DNA from: Dehalococcoidia bacterium
Lineage (GTDB): Bacteria; Chloroflexota; Dehalococcoidia; GIF9; UBA5629
Assembly (NCBI GenBank): GCA_050011565.1
Contig: JBEKIW010000001.1
Span: forward strand, 224,001 to 288,000
Length of the DNA: 64,000 nt
Direction: 5' to 3'
This document shows positions 10,342 through 21,089 of this stretch, piece by piece (the stretch's first letter is position 1; every line of letters starts with the position of its first letter). The notes under the pieces were generated by a model. The model did not search any database. It was not told the origin of the DNA and saw only the letters and a list, made by a program, of their open reading frames with translations. Made by a program: the position numbers and the translations under genes.

Positions 10342-10950
10342 TCATCCGGATTTTGTGCTGACCCTAACCCTTCTGACTATAAAGAATATGACAGCCGCCG
10401 CCACGAAAACGGCAAGCATATCGATGTACAAAGAATATTTTTCCAGAATATTCCAATTTTGCTTGAGCAGGTAGCCGACAAAGACCAGCGCCAGATTCCA
10501 CGGTATCGACCCTATAAAAGTAAATATGCAGAACTTAGGAAAGTTCATCTTACCGATGCCGGCCGGCAGTGCATTAACCGTTCTCACCAGAGGCAACATT
10601 CTGCAGAACAAGACAGTCAAACTGCCATACTTGTCAAACCATCTCTCTATCAGTTGAAGATGCCCCATGTTCAGCAGCACGTATTTCCCATATCTTTCAA
10701 TGAATCCTCTGCCGAGATACTTGCCTATTTCATAGGCTATTATGGAACCGGTCACATTGGCCAGGGAACTGACCAGTACGATTAACCAGATATTCATTTC
10801 TCCCATGTAGGCCAGGAACCCGGCGAACGGTATCACAGCCTCGCTGGGTATCGGAATCAAGGCGGATTCCAGCGTCATGGTGACGAAAATTCCTGCATAT
10901 CCCCAGGAGGATATCAGCCCGGTTATGAATTCAAGTATGTTTAGTATCAT
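10342..10950 (-). CDS. DedA family membrane protein
   Basis: LESALIPIPSE and CRMLPLVRT..LPAG motifs. Confidence 0.9.
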   Translation of the reverse strand: MILNILEFITGLISSWGYAGIFVTMTLESALIPIPSEAVIPFAGFLAYMGEMNIWLIVLVSSLANVTGSIIAYEIGKYLGRGFIERYGKYVLLNMGHLQLIERWFDKYGSLTVLFCRMLPLVRTVNALPAGIGKMNFPKFCIFTFIGSIPWNLALVFVGYLLKQNWNILEKYSLYIDMLAVFVAAAVIFFIVRRVRVSTKSG

Positions 10951-11070
10951 TGCTTAGCCAGCATTATATCATTTAATAATTACGTGCTGAATTGCAGTAA
11001 TCGGAAAAATTTTTACTGTCTTGCTTTATTCTTAGTGGTTGTGGTGGTAAAATTAGGCTGAGCGTTAAGC

Positions 11071-11823
11071 ATGTCAGGTCATTCTAAGTGGTCGCAGATA
11101 AAGCGTCAGAAAGGTGTATCCGACCACCGCAGGGGACAGCTGTTTACCAAGCTTGCCCGCGAGATTATCGTGGCGGTGCGAGAAGGCGGCCCCAGCCCGG
11201 AGAATAACTTCCGCCTGCGACTGACTATACAGAAAGCCCGCGACAGTAACATGCCGTCCGATAATATTGAGCGGGCCATAAAGAAGGGCAGCGGCGAGGC
11301 TGGAGGCGCGGCTCTTGCCGAGATAACATTCGAAGGCTACGGCCCTCACGGCGTAGCGGTTCTGGTGGATGCGCTGACCGATAACCGCAATCGCACCGTC
11401 CAGGAAGTGCGCAGCCTGTTTGCACGCCACGGAGGCAGTCTCGCCACCAGCGGCTCGGTTTCCTGGCTGTTCGATACCAGAGGCGTGATTGTTGTAGAAA
11501 CCGCTGGTGCGCAAGCCGAGGAACTGGCCCTGACGGCCATTGATGCCGGCGCCGATGACGTCAAAGAGGAAAAGGGATACCTGGAAATTCTGACCACGCC
11601 GCAAAATTTGGAGACCGTGCGGAAAGTCGTGGAGAAAATAAAGGCGCCTGTTTCCGCTCAAGTTATGCGTGTGGCTAAGAAAACAGTGGTGCTGGAAGAA
11701 AAGGAAGCCATTCAAACTCTGAAGCTGCTCGACCATCTGGAAGAGCTCGATGACGTCCAGAGTGTTTGCGCTAATCTCGATTACGACGAGGCTGTTCTGG
11801 AGAAGCTGCAGGCTCAGGCATAA
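11071..11823 (+). CDS. yebC: YebC/PmpR family protein
   Basis: MSGHSKWSQIKRQK, EGYGPHG, TDNRNRT. Confidence 0.95.
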   Translation: MSGHSKWSQIKRQKGVSDHRRGQLFTKLAREIIVAVREGGPSPENNFRLRLTIQKARDSNMPSDNIERAIKKGSGEAGGAALAEITFEGYGPHGVAVLVDALTDNRNRTVQEVRSLFARHGGSLATSGSVSWLFDTRGVIVVETAGAQAEELALTAIDAGADDVKEEKGYLEILTTPQNLETVRKVVEKIKAPVSAQVMRVAKKTVVLEEKEAIQTLKLLDHLEELDDVQSVCANLDYDEAVLEKLQAQA

Positions 11824-11825
11824 TT

Positions 11826-12323
11826 ATGCGTGTTCTCGGCATTGACCCGGGCACTTTAAATTTGGGCTACGGCGTGATAGATGAGGAAGCGGGTGAGATG
11901 GCCATGGTTACCTGCGGCGTACTGAGCCTGCCCGCTAAAATCCCTGTCGAGCAAAGGCTTTCCTCTTTATATAAAAAACTCGTTGAAATTGTAGCCCGCC
12001 ACCGGCCCGACGAGGTAGCCATCGAGGAGCCGTTTGTGGCGGATAACCGTCGCTCAGCTCTGGCTATAGGCAGAGCCCAGGCCATAGCCATACTCGCCGC
12101 CGCCAATAAAAATCTGCCGGTCTTTCGCTACCTGCCGACGCAGGTAAAACAGCAGGTAACCGACTATGGCGGCAGCAGCAAAGAGCAGGTGCAGGAGATG
12201 GTCAGGCTTCAGCTCGGGCTGGCGGAACGTCCCGAACCCTCCGATGCCGCCGATGCCCTGGCTGTCGCCATCTGCCATCTGCATCAAAAGCACATCGAGA
12301 TTCTGCTGGCCAGAGGTAAATAA
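11826..12323 (+). CDS. ruvC: Holliday junction resolvase RuvC
   Basis: LGIDPG, AIEE, DAADALAVAICH. Confidence 0.95.
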   Translation: MRVLGIDPGTLNLGYGVIDEEAGEMAMVTCGVLSLPAKIPVEQRLSSLYKKLVEIVARHRPDEVAIEEPFVADNRRSALAIGRAQAIAILAAANKNLPVFRYLPTQVKQQVTDYGGSSKEQVQEMVRLQLGLAERPEPSDAADALAVAICHLHQKHIEILLARGK

Positions 12324-12327
12324 GTAA

Positions 12328-12912
12328 ATGATAGTTGCTTTAGAAGGTATACTCGAAAGCCGCGGCATCGATTCAGCGGTGGTTAAAGTCGGCCCGCTCA
12401 GCCTCCTGGTATCTGTCCCCGGCTCCACTCTTGCTCGGATTGGCACTGTCGGCGATAAGGTCCGTCTCCATACCCATCTATATGTCAGGGAAGATATTAT
12501 CGCTCTGTACGGCTTCGCATCTGCCGACGAGCTGGCGCTTTTCCAGAACTTCATCTCCGTTTCCGGTATCGGCCCCAAAGCAGCACTGGCATTTCTTTCC
12601 ACCTTAAACGTCGAGCAGCTGGCTTCGGCCATCGTCGGCGGCAACGTCGACTTGCTGACTCAGGTACCCGGCATCGGCAAGAAAATGGCCGGGCGGGTGG
12701 TACTTGAATTGAAAGGCAAGCTGGAGAAGGGATGGGCGGGTGCGGTAACGCCGGCCTTGACGCCCGAAGATGCCGATGTCGTGGCGGCTCTGACCACACT
12801 CGGTTATTCACTGAAGGAAGCTACACAGGCTGTTGCCGGTTTGCCCAATGCTGAAGAGCTTGACCTGGAGGAAAAGGTCAGGCTGGCCTTGAGGCAGCTA
12901 GCCACGAAGTAG
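12328..12912 (+). CDS. ruvA: Holliday junction branch migration protein RuvA
   Basis: HLYVRED...LYGF, VSGIGPK, VPGIGKK. Confidence 0.95.
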   Translation: MIVALEGILESRGIDSAVVKVGPLSLLVSVPGSTLARIGTVGDKVRLHTHLYVREDIIALYGFASADELALFQNFISVSGIGPKAALAFLSTLNVEQLASAIVGGNVDLLTQVPGIGKKMAGRVVLELKGKLEKGWAGAVTPALTPEDADVVAALTTLGYSLKEATQAVAGLPNAEELDLEEKVRLALRQLATK

Positions 12913-12924
12913 TCACGAGTAAAT

Positions 12925-13803
12925 ATGCTTATTGAAATCCTGCTTGTTTTTGTCTTGCTGCTTTTGGGCGTGTTGATTTTCCTCGTCATCCGTAGCCGGC
13001 GAGTGGAACCGACCGACCTCAAGAACGCCATATCCAGCACCTGGACTGAGCTGGGGCTGGGCGAAAAGATAGGCAGCATAGAGACTCAGGCCAGAGACAT
13101 CAAAGACAGCTACAGGTCATTCGAGCAAATGCTCCGAGTGCCCAAAGAGAGGGCGTCATTCGGCGAACTGGCGCTGGAGACAATATTGGCTGACCAGCTT
13201 CCGCCGGATATGTACGGTATCAGGGAGACGATTTTCGACGGCAAGCGACCCGACGCTCATATAAAGTCGACCGAAGGCCTGGTCTGCATAGATTCCAAGT
13301 TTTCGCTGGACAATTACGGCAGGATGCTGTCCACGGAAGACCCGGCTGAGAAGCAGAGGTTAAAGAAGGATTTTATCGCCGATGTCAGGCGCTGCCTGGA
13401 CAAGATAGCCGATGACTACGTATGTCCCGACAAAGGGTCTGCCGAGTTTGCCTTCGCCTACATTCCGTCGGAGAGCGTCTATTACTACCTGCTGACCGAG
13501 GCCTATGACATGCTGATGGAGTACGGTAGAGGAGGCGTCCAGGTAGTATCGCCGCTGACCCTTTCCGCCAAAATCGAATTAATCAGAGCCGGCGTTCAGG
13601 CCAAGAAGCTTTCGGAACAGGCTGAAGATGTTAAAAACGACCTGCTCCGGATTTCACGCGGCTTCAATGAAATTGATGATAAGTGGCGCTTGCTCTATGA
13701 GACGCATCTCAAGAATGCCGTCGATAGAGCCGCCGATTTAGATAAATCCTACAAGAAGCTGCGGGACGAGTTCGACCGCATTTCAAAGATACCGCAGAAG
13801 TAG
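12925..13803 (+). CDS. rmuC: RmuC-family protein
   Basis: N-terminal TM, GELALETIL, RPDAHI...IDSKF PD-(D/E)xK core, FAFAYIPSES. Confidence 0.8.
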   Translation: MLIEILLVFVLLLLGVLIFLVIRSRRVEPTDLKNAISSTWTELGLGEKIGSIETQARDIKDSYRSFEQMLRVPKERASFGELALETILADQLPPDMYGIRETIFDGKRPDAHIKSTEGLVCIDSKFSLDNYGRMLSTEDPAEKQRLKKDFIADVRRCLDKIADDYVCPDKGSAEFAFAYIPSESVYYYLLTEAYDMLMEYGRGGVQVVSPLTLSAKIELIRAGVQAKKLSEQAEDVKNDLLRISRGFNEIDDKWRLLYETHLKNAVDRAADLDKSYKKLRDEFDRISKIPQK

Positions 13804-13912
13804 AGGGGCTTTCGCCTCCGTGCTATTACCATGTTTTATTCTCTTGTCTACATTGGTTGTATAATTAAGCATTATCCTGCCCCGTTGTAAGTTGCCCCCT
13901 CTCCCTTGGGAT

Positions 13913-13974
13913 GAAGGGTGGGCAGGCATCCAATGAGGATTTATTCCCATTGGGATACGGGGAAAGGGATAGGG
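13913..13974 (+). repeat. 62-bp REP-like unit, copy 1 (copy 2 at 18418-18479)
   Basis: GAAGGGTGGGCAGGCATCCAATGAGGATTTA(T/C)TCCCATTGGGATACGGGGA(A/G)AGGGATAGGG; 2 mismatches between copies. Confidence 0.85.
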
Positions 13975-14103
13975 CTGGAGAGTGGGTGAAATAAAAAATT
14001 ACATTATTAAGCGGGAGTTTAAGAGGGGCGCAGCCCCTCTTGGATAACCCCAATTCCCTCCCCCTCAAGGGGGAGGGCCAGCGTAGGGGTGAAAATAAAC
14101 TTA

Positions 14104-16095
14104 ATGGAATTCAAAATAAACTCAGATTTCAGGCTCACCGGCGACCAGCCGCAAGCCGTAGACAAGCTTGTCGAAGGCCTTAACCTGGGCTACAAACAGC
14201 AGACATTGCTCGGTGTCACCGGCAGCGGCAAGACCTTCACCATGGCTAATGTAGCGGAAAGAGTCCAGAAGCCCACACTGGTCATCTGCCACAATAAGAC
14301 TTTAGCCGCCCAGCTAGCCACCGAATTTAAAGAATACTTCCCCGACAACGCCGTGGAGTATTTCGTCAGCTACTATGATTATTACCAGCCGGAAGCCTAT
14401 CTTCCCAGCACCGACACCTACATCGAGAAAGAAATAGATATAAACGAGGAAATTGATAAGATGCGCCATGCCGCCACCAGGTCTTTGCTTGAACGCCGGG
14501 ATGTGCTAATCGTAGCTTCGGTATCCTGCATTTACAGCCTGGGCGAGCCTGAGGAATACCGCAGCTTCGTAGCTACTATTAAGAGGGGCGAAAAATTAAA
14601 TCGCGGTAAGTTGCTCCGCCGGCTGGTGGACATGCAATATGAAAGAAACGACTTCGATTTCACCCGCGGCCGGTTTCGCATCCGCGGCGACACGCTGGAA
14701 ATACAGCCGGCGTATGAGGAAATAGCAATCCGGATTGAGTTCTTTGGCGATGAGGTGGAGCGCATCGTTGACGTCGACCCGCTTACCGGCGAGCTGCTGA
14801 CCGAGCGTGATACGGTGGACATTTACCCTGCCAAGCACTTCGTCACTTCACATGACAAGCTTTTGCTGGCTGTCGAGGATATCAAGGTTGAGCTGGAACA
14901 GAGGCTGCGGGAGCTTAAAGACCAGGGCAAGCTGGTCGAAGCTGCCAGGCTCGAGGCGCGAACCAACTACGACCTTGAGATGCTCCGCGAGGTAGGCTAC
15001 TGCCATGCCGTGGAGAACTATTCCCGCCATCTGCAGCGTCGGGCACCGGGCAGCGCTCCGTGGACGTTGCTCGACTATTTCCCCGATGACTTCCTGCTGT
15101 TTATCGATGAGTCTCACATGTCCCTGCCGCAAATTCGTGGCATGTATCATGGTGACCTCTCCCGAAAACGGACGCTGGTCGATTACGGCTTTCGCCTGCC
15201 GTCGGCGCTGGACAACCGTCCGCTTAACTTCGATGAGTTCAACCAGCGACTCAACCAGGTCGTCTACGTCTCGGCTACCCCGAGCGAGTATGAATTCAGC
15301 CACAGCCAGCAGGTGGCGGAGCAATTGGTCCGTCCCACCGGTCTGCTCGAGCCGACGATTGAGATCAAGCCCAGCAAAGGGCAAATCGACGACCTGATTT
15401 ACCAGATTAAGACCAGGGTGGACAAAGGTGAGCGCTGCCTGGTGACCACGCTGACCAAGCGCATGGCTGAGCAGTTGGACGATTACCTGAAAGAGATGGA
15501 AATCAGGACGCATTATCTGCACTCCGAGATTGACACGCTGGAGCGGGTTGAGATTCTGCGCGACCTCCGCCTCGGCGTTTACGATGTGGTGGTCGGCATA
15601 AACCTGCTCCGCGAGGGTTTGGACTTGCCCGAGGTGAGCCTGGTAGCCATTCTGGATGCCGACAAGGAAGGCTACTTAAGGTCGAAGCAGGCGCTCATCC
15701 AGACGATGGGACGGGCAGCCCGTCATCTTGACGGCCATGTCATCATGTATGCCGATACCGTGACCGGAGCTATGCATGAAGCCATAGAGGAGACTAAGCG
15801 CCGTCGCAATATTCAGGAAGCTTACAACAAAGAGCACGGCATAACACCACAGGGGATAAAGAAAGCGATTAAGGACATCACCGAGCGGGTCAAGGTGGTG
15901 GCTGAAGCCAGAGCCGCCTATTCGCCTACCCCCATATCCAAAGAAGAGGTCCTCCGTCTCATCAAAGACCTGGAAGCGCAGATGCGAAAAGCCGCCAAGA
16001 ACCTGGAGTTCGAAAAAGCCGCCTTACTCCGCGACCGCATCATCGAGCTGCGGAAGGACGAGGAGCTGTTATCTCCGCTGACCAGGTTCAGCTAG
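14104..16095 (+). CDS. uvrB: Excinuclease ABC subunit B
   Basis: [37 protein letters not shown]-terminal UVR domain. Confidence 0.97.
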   Translation: MEFKINSDFRLTGDQPQAVDKLVEGLNLGYKQQTLLGVTGSGKTFTMANVAERVQKPTLVICHNKTLAAQLATEFKEYFPDNAVEYFVSYYDYYQPEAYLPSTDTYIEKEIDINEEIDKMRHAATRSLLERRDVLIVASVSCIYSLGEPEEYRSFVATIKRGEKLNRGKLLRRLVDMQYERNDFDFTRGRFRIRGDTLEIQPAYEEIAIRIEFFGDEVERIVDVDPLTGELLTERDTVDIYPAKHFVTSHDKLLLAVEDIKVELEQRLRELKDQGKLVEAARLEARTNYDLEMLREVGYCHAVENYSRHLQRRAPGSAPWTLLDYFPDDFLLFIDESHMSLPQIRGMYHGDLSRKRTLVDYGFRLPSALDNRPLNFDEFNQRLNQVVYVSATPSEYEFSHSQQVAEQLVRPTGLLEPTIEIKPSKGQIDDLIYQIKTRVDKGERCLVTTLTKRMAEQLDDYLKEMEIRTHYLHSEIDTLERVEILRDLRLGVYDVVVGINLLREGLDLPEVSLVAILDADKEGYLRSKQALIQTMGRAARHLDGHVIMYADTVTGAMHEAIEETKRRRNIQEAYNKEHGITPQGIKKAIKDITERVKVVAEARAAYSPTPISKEEVLRLIKDLEAQMRKAAKNLEFEKAALLRDRIIELRKDEELLSPLTRFS

Positions 16096-16145
16096 CAGTT
16101 TCATCCATGCAGGACAAATAAAGAACAAAACAAAAGGAGGTATAT

Positions 16146-17951
16146 ATGGCCGGTGGTTATATGGGAAAGGTTTTATTTGTAAATCTGTCTACAGGCGCGA
16201 TTGAGATAGAGGCACTTGACGAAAAAACTTGCCGCGATTTCATCGGTGGCTATGGCTTGGGGGCAAGAATACTATACAGCCGTCAAAAGGCAAAAGTGGC
16301 CGCCTTATCCGGAGAGAATATTCTCGGATTTCTCACCGGCCCTCTCACCGGTACCCCGGCTCCTACCGGAGCACGGTATGTCGTGGTGGGAAAATCACCT
16401 TTAACCGGCACCTGGGGGGATGCCAACTCGGGAGGTGAATTCGGCCCTTACCTTAAATTCGCCGGCTATGACGGCGTCTTTTTTACCGGCATTTCGGACC
16501 GACCGGTCTATCTCTTAATCGATAACGGCAAAGCTGAATTAAAAGACGCCGCTCACCTGTGGGGTAAAGACACCTATGAAACGGAGAGCATATTGGAGGA
16601 CGAACACGGCAGTGAAAGTCGTGTCTCCTGCATCGGCCCCTCCGGCGAAAAGCTGTCGCTCATCTCATGTATTATAAACCAGCGAGGATGTGCTGCCGGA
16701 CGCTCCGGTTTAGGGGCTGTCATGGGCTCCAAAAGGCTCAAGGCAGTTGTAGCCCGGGGAAACCAAACCGTCGCTTTAGCCGACAAACAGGCCGTTGACA
16801 ACTTACGAAAAAAGTATATGGCAGCGTTAAACGATACAAAGTCCGGGGGGCACTCATACCGTGAGTCGTTCCACAAGTACGGTACGGCCAGCCATGCCGC
16901 CATTTCGGCCCAAAACGGAGATTCGCCGGTTAAAAACTGGGCTGGTATCGGTGTGGTCGATTTCCCGGATGTCTCCGGGCTCGAGCCTGATGCAGTGATA
17001 GCCAACCTTGATAAACATATAGGTTGCTGGCACTGCCCCATCGCCTGCGAGGCAAGCTTGAAGGAGGGGACCGGCGAGTACAGGTACGTTGCCGGTACAC
17101 GCCGGCCTGAATACGAGACACTGGCTTCCTTCGGTGCCATGTGTCTTAACAATAACACTGAATCCATTGCCATGGCTAACTACATTTGCAATCGATATGG
17201 AATAGACACTATCTCTGCCGGTTGTACTATTGCCTTTGCCATCGAATGTTACGAGAATGGGCTCATTACCAGGAAGGATACCGGAGGTATCGAGCTTACC
17301 TGGGGCAACCACCGGGCTATCGTTAGCATGACGGAAAAACTTGCCGGGAGAGAAGGCTTTGGTGACGTTCTCGCTGACGGAGTCAAACTGGCTGCGGAGA
17401 GAATCGGCAGGGGCGCTGAGAAGTATGCGGTGCATATCGGAGGACAGGAGCTGGGGATGCACGACCCGAAGCTCATACCGCCTATGGTGGGCAACGTTGA
17501 ATCGGCTTCGGCACGATATCAGATGGACGCCACCCCCGGCCGTCACACGCAGGGCTTCGGCCCCAGTAGTTTTGGGGCTCACGTTCTCAGTTCGGCCGGG
17601 CTTTGCTATTTCGGTAATATGTGGATGCAACTGAAAGACTTCATGAATGCGGTAACCGGCTGGGGCTATTCCAGGGATGAATTAAATAAAGCCGGTGACA
17701 GGATAGCCACCCTGAGGCACGCCTTCAACCTTCGGGAAGGTGTAAACCCTCTCAAATGGACGGTGCACCCCAGGATAACGGGTGAACCTCCTTTTGAGTC
17801 TGGTCCACTGGCTGGCGTAACCGCCGATATTACAGGTCAGATTTACCGGAATCTTGGTGCTTTGGACTGGGACCGCGTCACAACCAAGCCGGGCAAAAAG
17901 AAGCTGCTGTCTCTGGGCCTTAATGACGTGGCCAAAGACCTGTGGCCATAG
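16146..17951 (+). CDS. Aldehyde:ferredoxin oxidoreductase family (W/Mo-pterin)
   Basis: KSPLTG, AGRSGLGAVMGSKRLKA, CWHCPIAC, PEYET, GIDTIS. Confidence 0.9.
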   Translation: MAGGYMGKVLFVNLSTGAIEIEALDEKTCRDFIGGYGLGARILYSRQKAKVAALSGENILGFLTGPLTGTPAPTGARYVVVGKSPLTGTWGDANSGGEFGPYLKFAGYDGVFFTGISDRPVYLLIDNGKAELKDAAHLWGKDTYETESILEDEHGSESRVSCIGPSGEKLSLISCIINQRGCAAGRSGLGAVMGSKRLKAVVARGNQTVALADKQAVDNLRKKYMAALNDTKSGGHSYRESFHKYGTASHAAISAQNGDSPVKNWAGIGVVDFPDVSGLEPDAVIANLDKHIGCWHCPIACEASLKEGTGEYRYVAGTRRPEYETLASFGAMCLNNNTESIAMANYICNRYGIDTISAGCTIAFAIECYENGLITRKDTGGIELTWGNHRAIVSMTEKLAGREGFGDVLADGVKLAAERIGRGAEKYAVHIGGQELGMHDPKLIPPMVGNVESASARYQMDATPGRHTQGFGPSSFGAHVLSSAGLCYFGNMWMQLKDFMNAVTGWGYSRDELNKAGDRIATLRHAFNLREGVNPLKWTVHPRITGEPPFESGPLAGVTADITGQIYRNLGALDWDRVTTKPGKKKLLSLGLNDVAKDLWP

Positions 17952-17996
17952 ATATTTATGCGTCGCATTAAAATAATATAGGGGGAAAGTAGAGCC

Positions 17997-18278
17997 TTGT
18001 TCAAGTGTGTTGTCGGACTGTTCGGGTTGCCGCACGGTATAACAGGCGAGCATAAGGTGGAAGTTGAACTAAAGGATGAGGCGAGGCTGACTGATGTTAT
18101 CGCAACTCTCCGGCGTGAAATCCCGAAACTGGAGGGGCCTGTTATCCGTGCCGGTGAAGATAAACTAACGGAGCATTACGCCTTTAATATAAACGGTCGT
18201 TTTTATATTGATGATAAGGAAATTCGAATCTGCAGTGGCGACAATGTAGGGCTACTCGCCCTGGCTGCCGGAGGGTGA
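17997..18278 (+). CDS. MoaD/ThiS ubiquitin-like sulfur carrier
   Basis: 93 aa ending in AAGG; directly after AOR. Confidence 0.85.
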   Translation: MFKCVVGLFGLPHGITGEHKVEVELKDEARLTDVIATLRREIPKLEGPVIRAGEDKLTEHYAFNINGRFYIDDKEIRICSGDNVGLLALAAGG

Positions 18279-18284
18279 CTTTAA

Positions 18285-18386
18285 AACCTGGAGTTCCAAA
18301 AAGCCGCCCTGCTCCGTGACCGCATCATCGAGCTTCGCCGCGACGAGGAGATTCTGTCGCCGCTGACCAGGTTCAATAGAGAATAG
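18285..18386 (+). pseudogene. Orphan diverged copy of the uvrB 3' end
   Basis: Translates [33 protein letters not shown], versus [31 protein letters not shown] at 16000-16095. Confidence 0.85.
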
Positions 18387-18417
18387 CCGCTCGGCTTTAC
18401 TCCCTCTCCCGCGGGCG

Positions 18418-18479
18418 GAAGGGTGGGCAGGCATCCAATGAGGATTTACTCCCATTGGGATACGGGGAGAGGGATAGGG
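18418..18479 (+). repeat. 62-bp REP-like unit, copy 2
   Basis: Near-identical to 13913-13974; nested in a CCCTCTCCC...GGGAGAGGG palindrome. Confidence 0.85.
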
Positions 18480-18732
18480 TTGGGGTGAGGGTGGAACCTT
18501 ATCATTTTGGTCGAAAAACGCTCGGTCAAAAGAACTAGCCTATTTGTCTACGGGGGAAACTGTGCGAAGGTATATGCCTTATCGGAGTAAGCAGATATGC
18601 CCAAAATTAATTTTGTTGGTGTATAATCAGATAAAGATTTAAATTGAATAAATAAGTCAATCATATAGATTGTGGCATTTTCGACTAAAGATTATAAAGT
18701 CTAATTGAACATGCAACTTTAGGAAAAAACAT

Positions 18733-20226
18733 ATGTCAGAATGGACAAAGCCCGCTCTCGATGATATAGAGTTTGTTAAGGCCGTTAGCGCGATTCAGAA
18801 ACGTGCTGAGAAACAAACGGACTCTGACAGATTAATCGATATTTATGTGACTACAGACCTAGCCAATCGTGCTAGAACCACTAATTCACAGCTAGTTTTA
18901 GGCAGACGTGGCACAGGTAAGACGCATATGTTTCGCGTTTTGCAAGAAATGCTTGGAATGGAGGGAGAAGTTGCACTTTACATAGATTGTAGAATGTTAG
19001 GAAGTGCGATAACCGACTCAACAGGAAACCCCCAAGGGGTAGCTATTAAATATTTTAGAACTCTTCTTAATGAGATTAGCACACGATTATTTGATATGGC
19101 TAGACGTATGGAAGCACCAATAAAGGATTCACAACAAAAAGTTTTCGGTACCGTCTGGGGTTTGCTCCTACAGATAGAACCTAAATCCACAGAGAAATAT
19201 TATGAATCAACATTTAATTATAGGCAAATAACGGAATCAATGCAGACAATTATTTCCGGTTTGGATATACGTCATCTATTCATAATATTGGATGAGTGGT
19301 CACAAATTCCAGTATCAGCACAACCCTATGTTGCAGAATATCTTAAAAGGGCAATTATGACTATTCCAGAAATATGTATCAAATTATTGGCCTTAAGCTA
19401 TCAATGCGACCTATCTAAACAAATCAGTGAAGGAGTAATAGGCATCAAACTTGGAGCAGATATCCCGGATGTCTTGGATTTTGATTCGTATTTAATATAT
19501 GATGAAAAACCGATTTTTGTTTCAGAGTTCTTTTCTCAAGTTCTTTACAATCATCTCGGTGCCGAACTAAACTGGGATCTCAAGATAACCGGTCAAGAAA
19601 AGAGCAAAAGGATAATAGATATATTCACACAGAATAAAGCTTTCACTGAATTAGTGCGTGCAGCTGAAGGGAATTGTAGAGATTTCCTATGCATATTTGG
19701 TAATGCATATTGGGAAGGTTATCGTAAGCAAGAGGATGTAAAAGCCATAAGTATGTCACATGTTCGCGATGCCGCTGCTAGTTGGTTTGATAATGAAAAG
19801 TATGCAAACATACGAAATGACATACTCCCAAGTATGGCACTTATGTATATATTCAATAATCTTATCAAGGGATACAAATCTCGGACTTTCATGGTCGAAA
19901 CCTCGAAATCTAAACATGAGATTTTGACCAGGTTACTAAATGAACGTGTTTTACATAAATTACCAAGATTTGACTCGCATAAAGATAAACCTGGTGAAAG
20001 ATATGAACTATTTACGATTGATTATGGGGCATATGTAAGGTTCATAGGAACCGTTTACGAGCCGAACCAAGGAATGGTTAAAAATGGATATCAAGCTAAA
20101 ATGCATTTTGCAGATGAGGTGGTCACAGTGCAAGATGAAGAACAAGAATTCATGGTTCCTCACGATGATAGACGTAGCGTACGACGTATTGTATTTGATC
20201 CAGATGCGATTAAGATTCCAAAATGA
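18733..20226 (+). CDS. AT-rich orphan P-loop ATPase (ORC/Cdc6- or STAND-like)
   Basis: Walker A GRRGTGKT, Walker B FIILDEW, AEGNCRDF sensor-like motif; visibly more AT-rich than its flanks. Confidence 0.7.
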   Translation: MSEWTKPALDDIEFVKAVSAIQKRAEKQTDSDRLIDIYVTTDLANRARTTNSQLVLGRRGTGKTHMFRVLQEMLGMEGEVALYIDCRMLGSAITDSTGNPQGVAIKYFRTLLNEISTRLFDMARRMEAPIKDSQQKVFGTVWGLLLQIEPKSTEKYYESTFNYRQITESMQTIISGLDIRHLFIILDEWSQIPVSAQPYVAEYLKRAIMTIPEICIKLLALSYQCDLSKQISEGVIGIKLGADIPDVLDFDSYLIYDEKPIFVSEFFSQVLYNHLGAELNWDLKITGQEKSKRIIDIFTQNKAFTELVRAAEGNCRDFLCIFGNAYWEGYRKQEDVKAISMSHVRDAAASWFDNEKYANIRNDILPSMALMYIFNNLIKGYKSRTFMVETSKSKHEILTRLLNERVLHKLPRFDSHKDKPGERYELFTIDYGAYVRFIGTVYEPNQGMVKNGYQAKMHFADEVVTVQDEEQEFMVPHDDRRSVRRIVFDPDAIKIPK

Positions 20227-20389
20227 TTTTGCCACTGCTTGAAGCGAGCAAAAATTAGAGTTTGAAAAAGTTACCCTTCCTCGGCAATCGCATTATTTAG
20301 CTGAACGAGACGCGGAGATTCTATTTTCGTTGAATATATTCCATCAGGAGTCATTTTTAATAAGCATTCTAACAACTATAGAACAGAAT

Positions 20390-21079
20390 TCAAAGGTTAC
20401 TTAGAAACGCTTCGATTGCCCGATTCGCTTCCACTGGTTTTTCCAGGAGGCAGTGATGCGTGGCGCCCTCGATAATCACCAGTTTGGCCCCTGCGATTTG
20501 ATTGACCAGATATTGAGAATACTTTAGAGGCGTCATATCGTCCTCGGTGCCGCAAATAACCAGCGTTGGAACCGCGATGTGCCTTACCTTATCCATTACA
20601 TCGAACTTATCACAGCACCGAAAATCATTGAGCTGCACGGCGGCACCTACTTTAGCCATTCCATTAACTATTTTCTTCGCTACATCAGGAGCCACCCGAC
20701 TATATGGAGGTTCAGCTACTTTTTTGAGCCACTGAGCCGGGGCATTGATACTATCTTCTAGTTTCTTCAGCAAGTCAGGCCGTACCCTCAGCCGTGCACC
20801 GGTATTGATTAATATTAGTGCTTTAACATCTTCCGGATAACTCAGCGCATACATCAGAGCTATGGCACCGCCCAGGGAATGCCCGGCAATGACAGGCGGT
20901 GAATGATCTCCTCGTCTGAAATATCCATGTAGCCACTGCGCATACTCGTCTATGCTGGTGCATGGCTTGCCTTCAGGATGCCCCGGAAGATTGATAGCTT
21001 CAGAACCGGTGAAGTATTTTGTCTGGTAATGCCATTCCAAACTGGTGTTGCCAGCGCCGTGAATGAAGATTAACCTCAT
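20390..21079 (-). CDS. Alpha/beta hydrolase
   Basis: FIHGAG, GHSLGG, GTEDDMTP, ATHH. Confidence 0.85.
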   Translation of the reverse strand: MRLIFIHGAGNTSLEWHYQTKYFTGSEAINLPGHPEGKPCTSIDEYAQWLHGYFRRGDHSPPVIAGHSLGGAIALMYALSYPEDVKALILINTGARLRVRPDLLKKLEDSINAPAQWLKKVAEPPYSRVAPDVAKKIVNGMAKVGAAVQLNDFRCCDKFDVMDKVRHIAVPTLVICGTEDDMTPLKYSQYLVNQIAGAKLVIIEGATHHCLLEKPVEANRAIEAFLSNL

Positions 21080-21089
21080 ATTTTTTCCC

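Noticed and set aside
11074-17630. Long antisense ORFs (e.g. 11074-11736, 14848-15522, 16854-17630)
   Set aside because: Shadows of well-supported genes on the opposite strand
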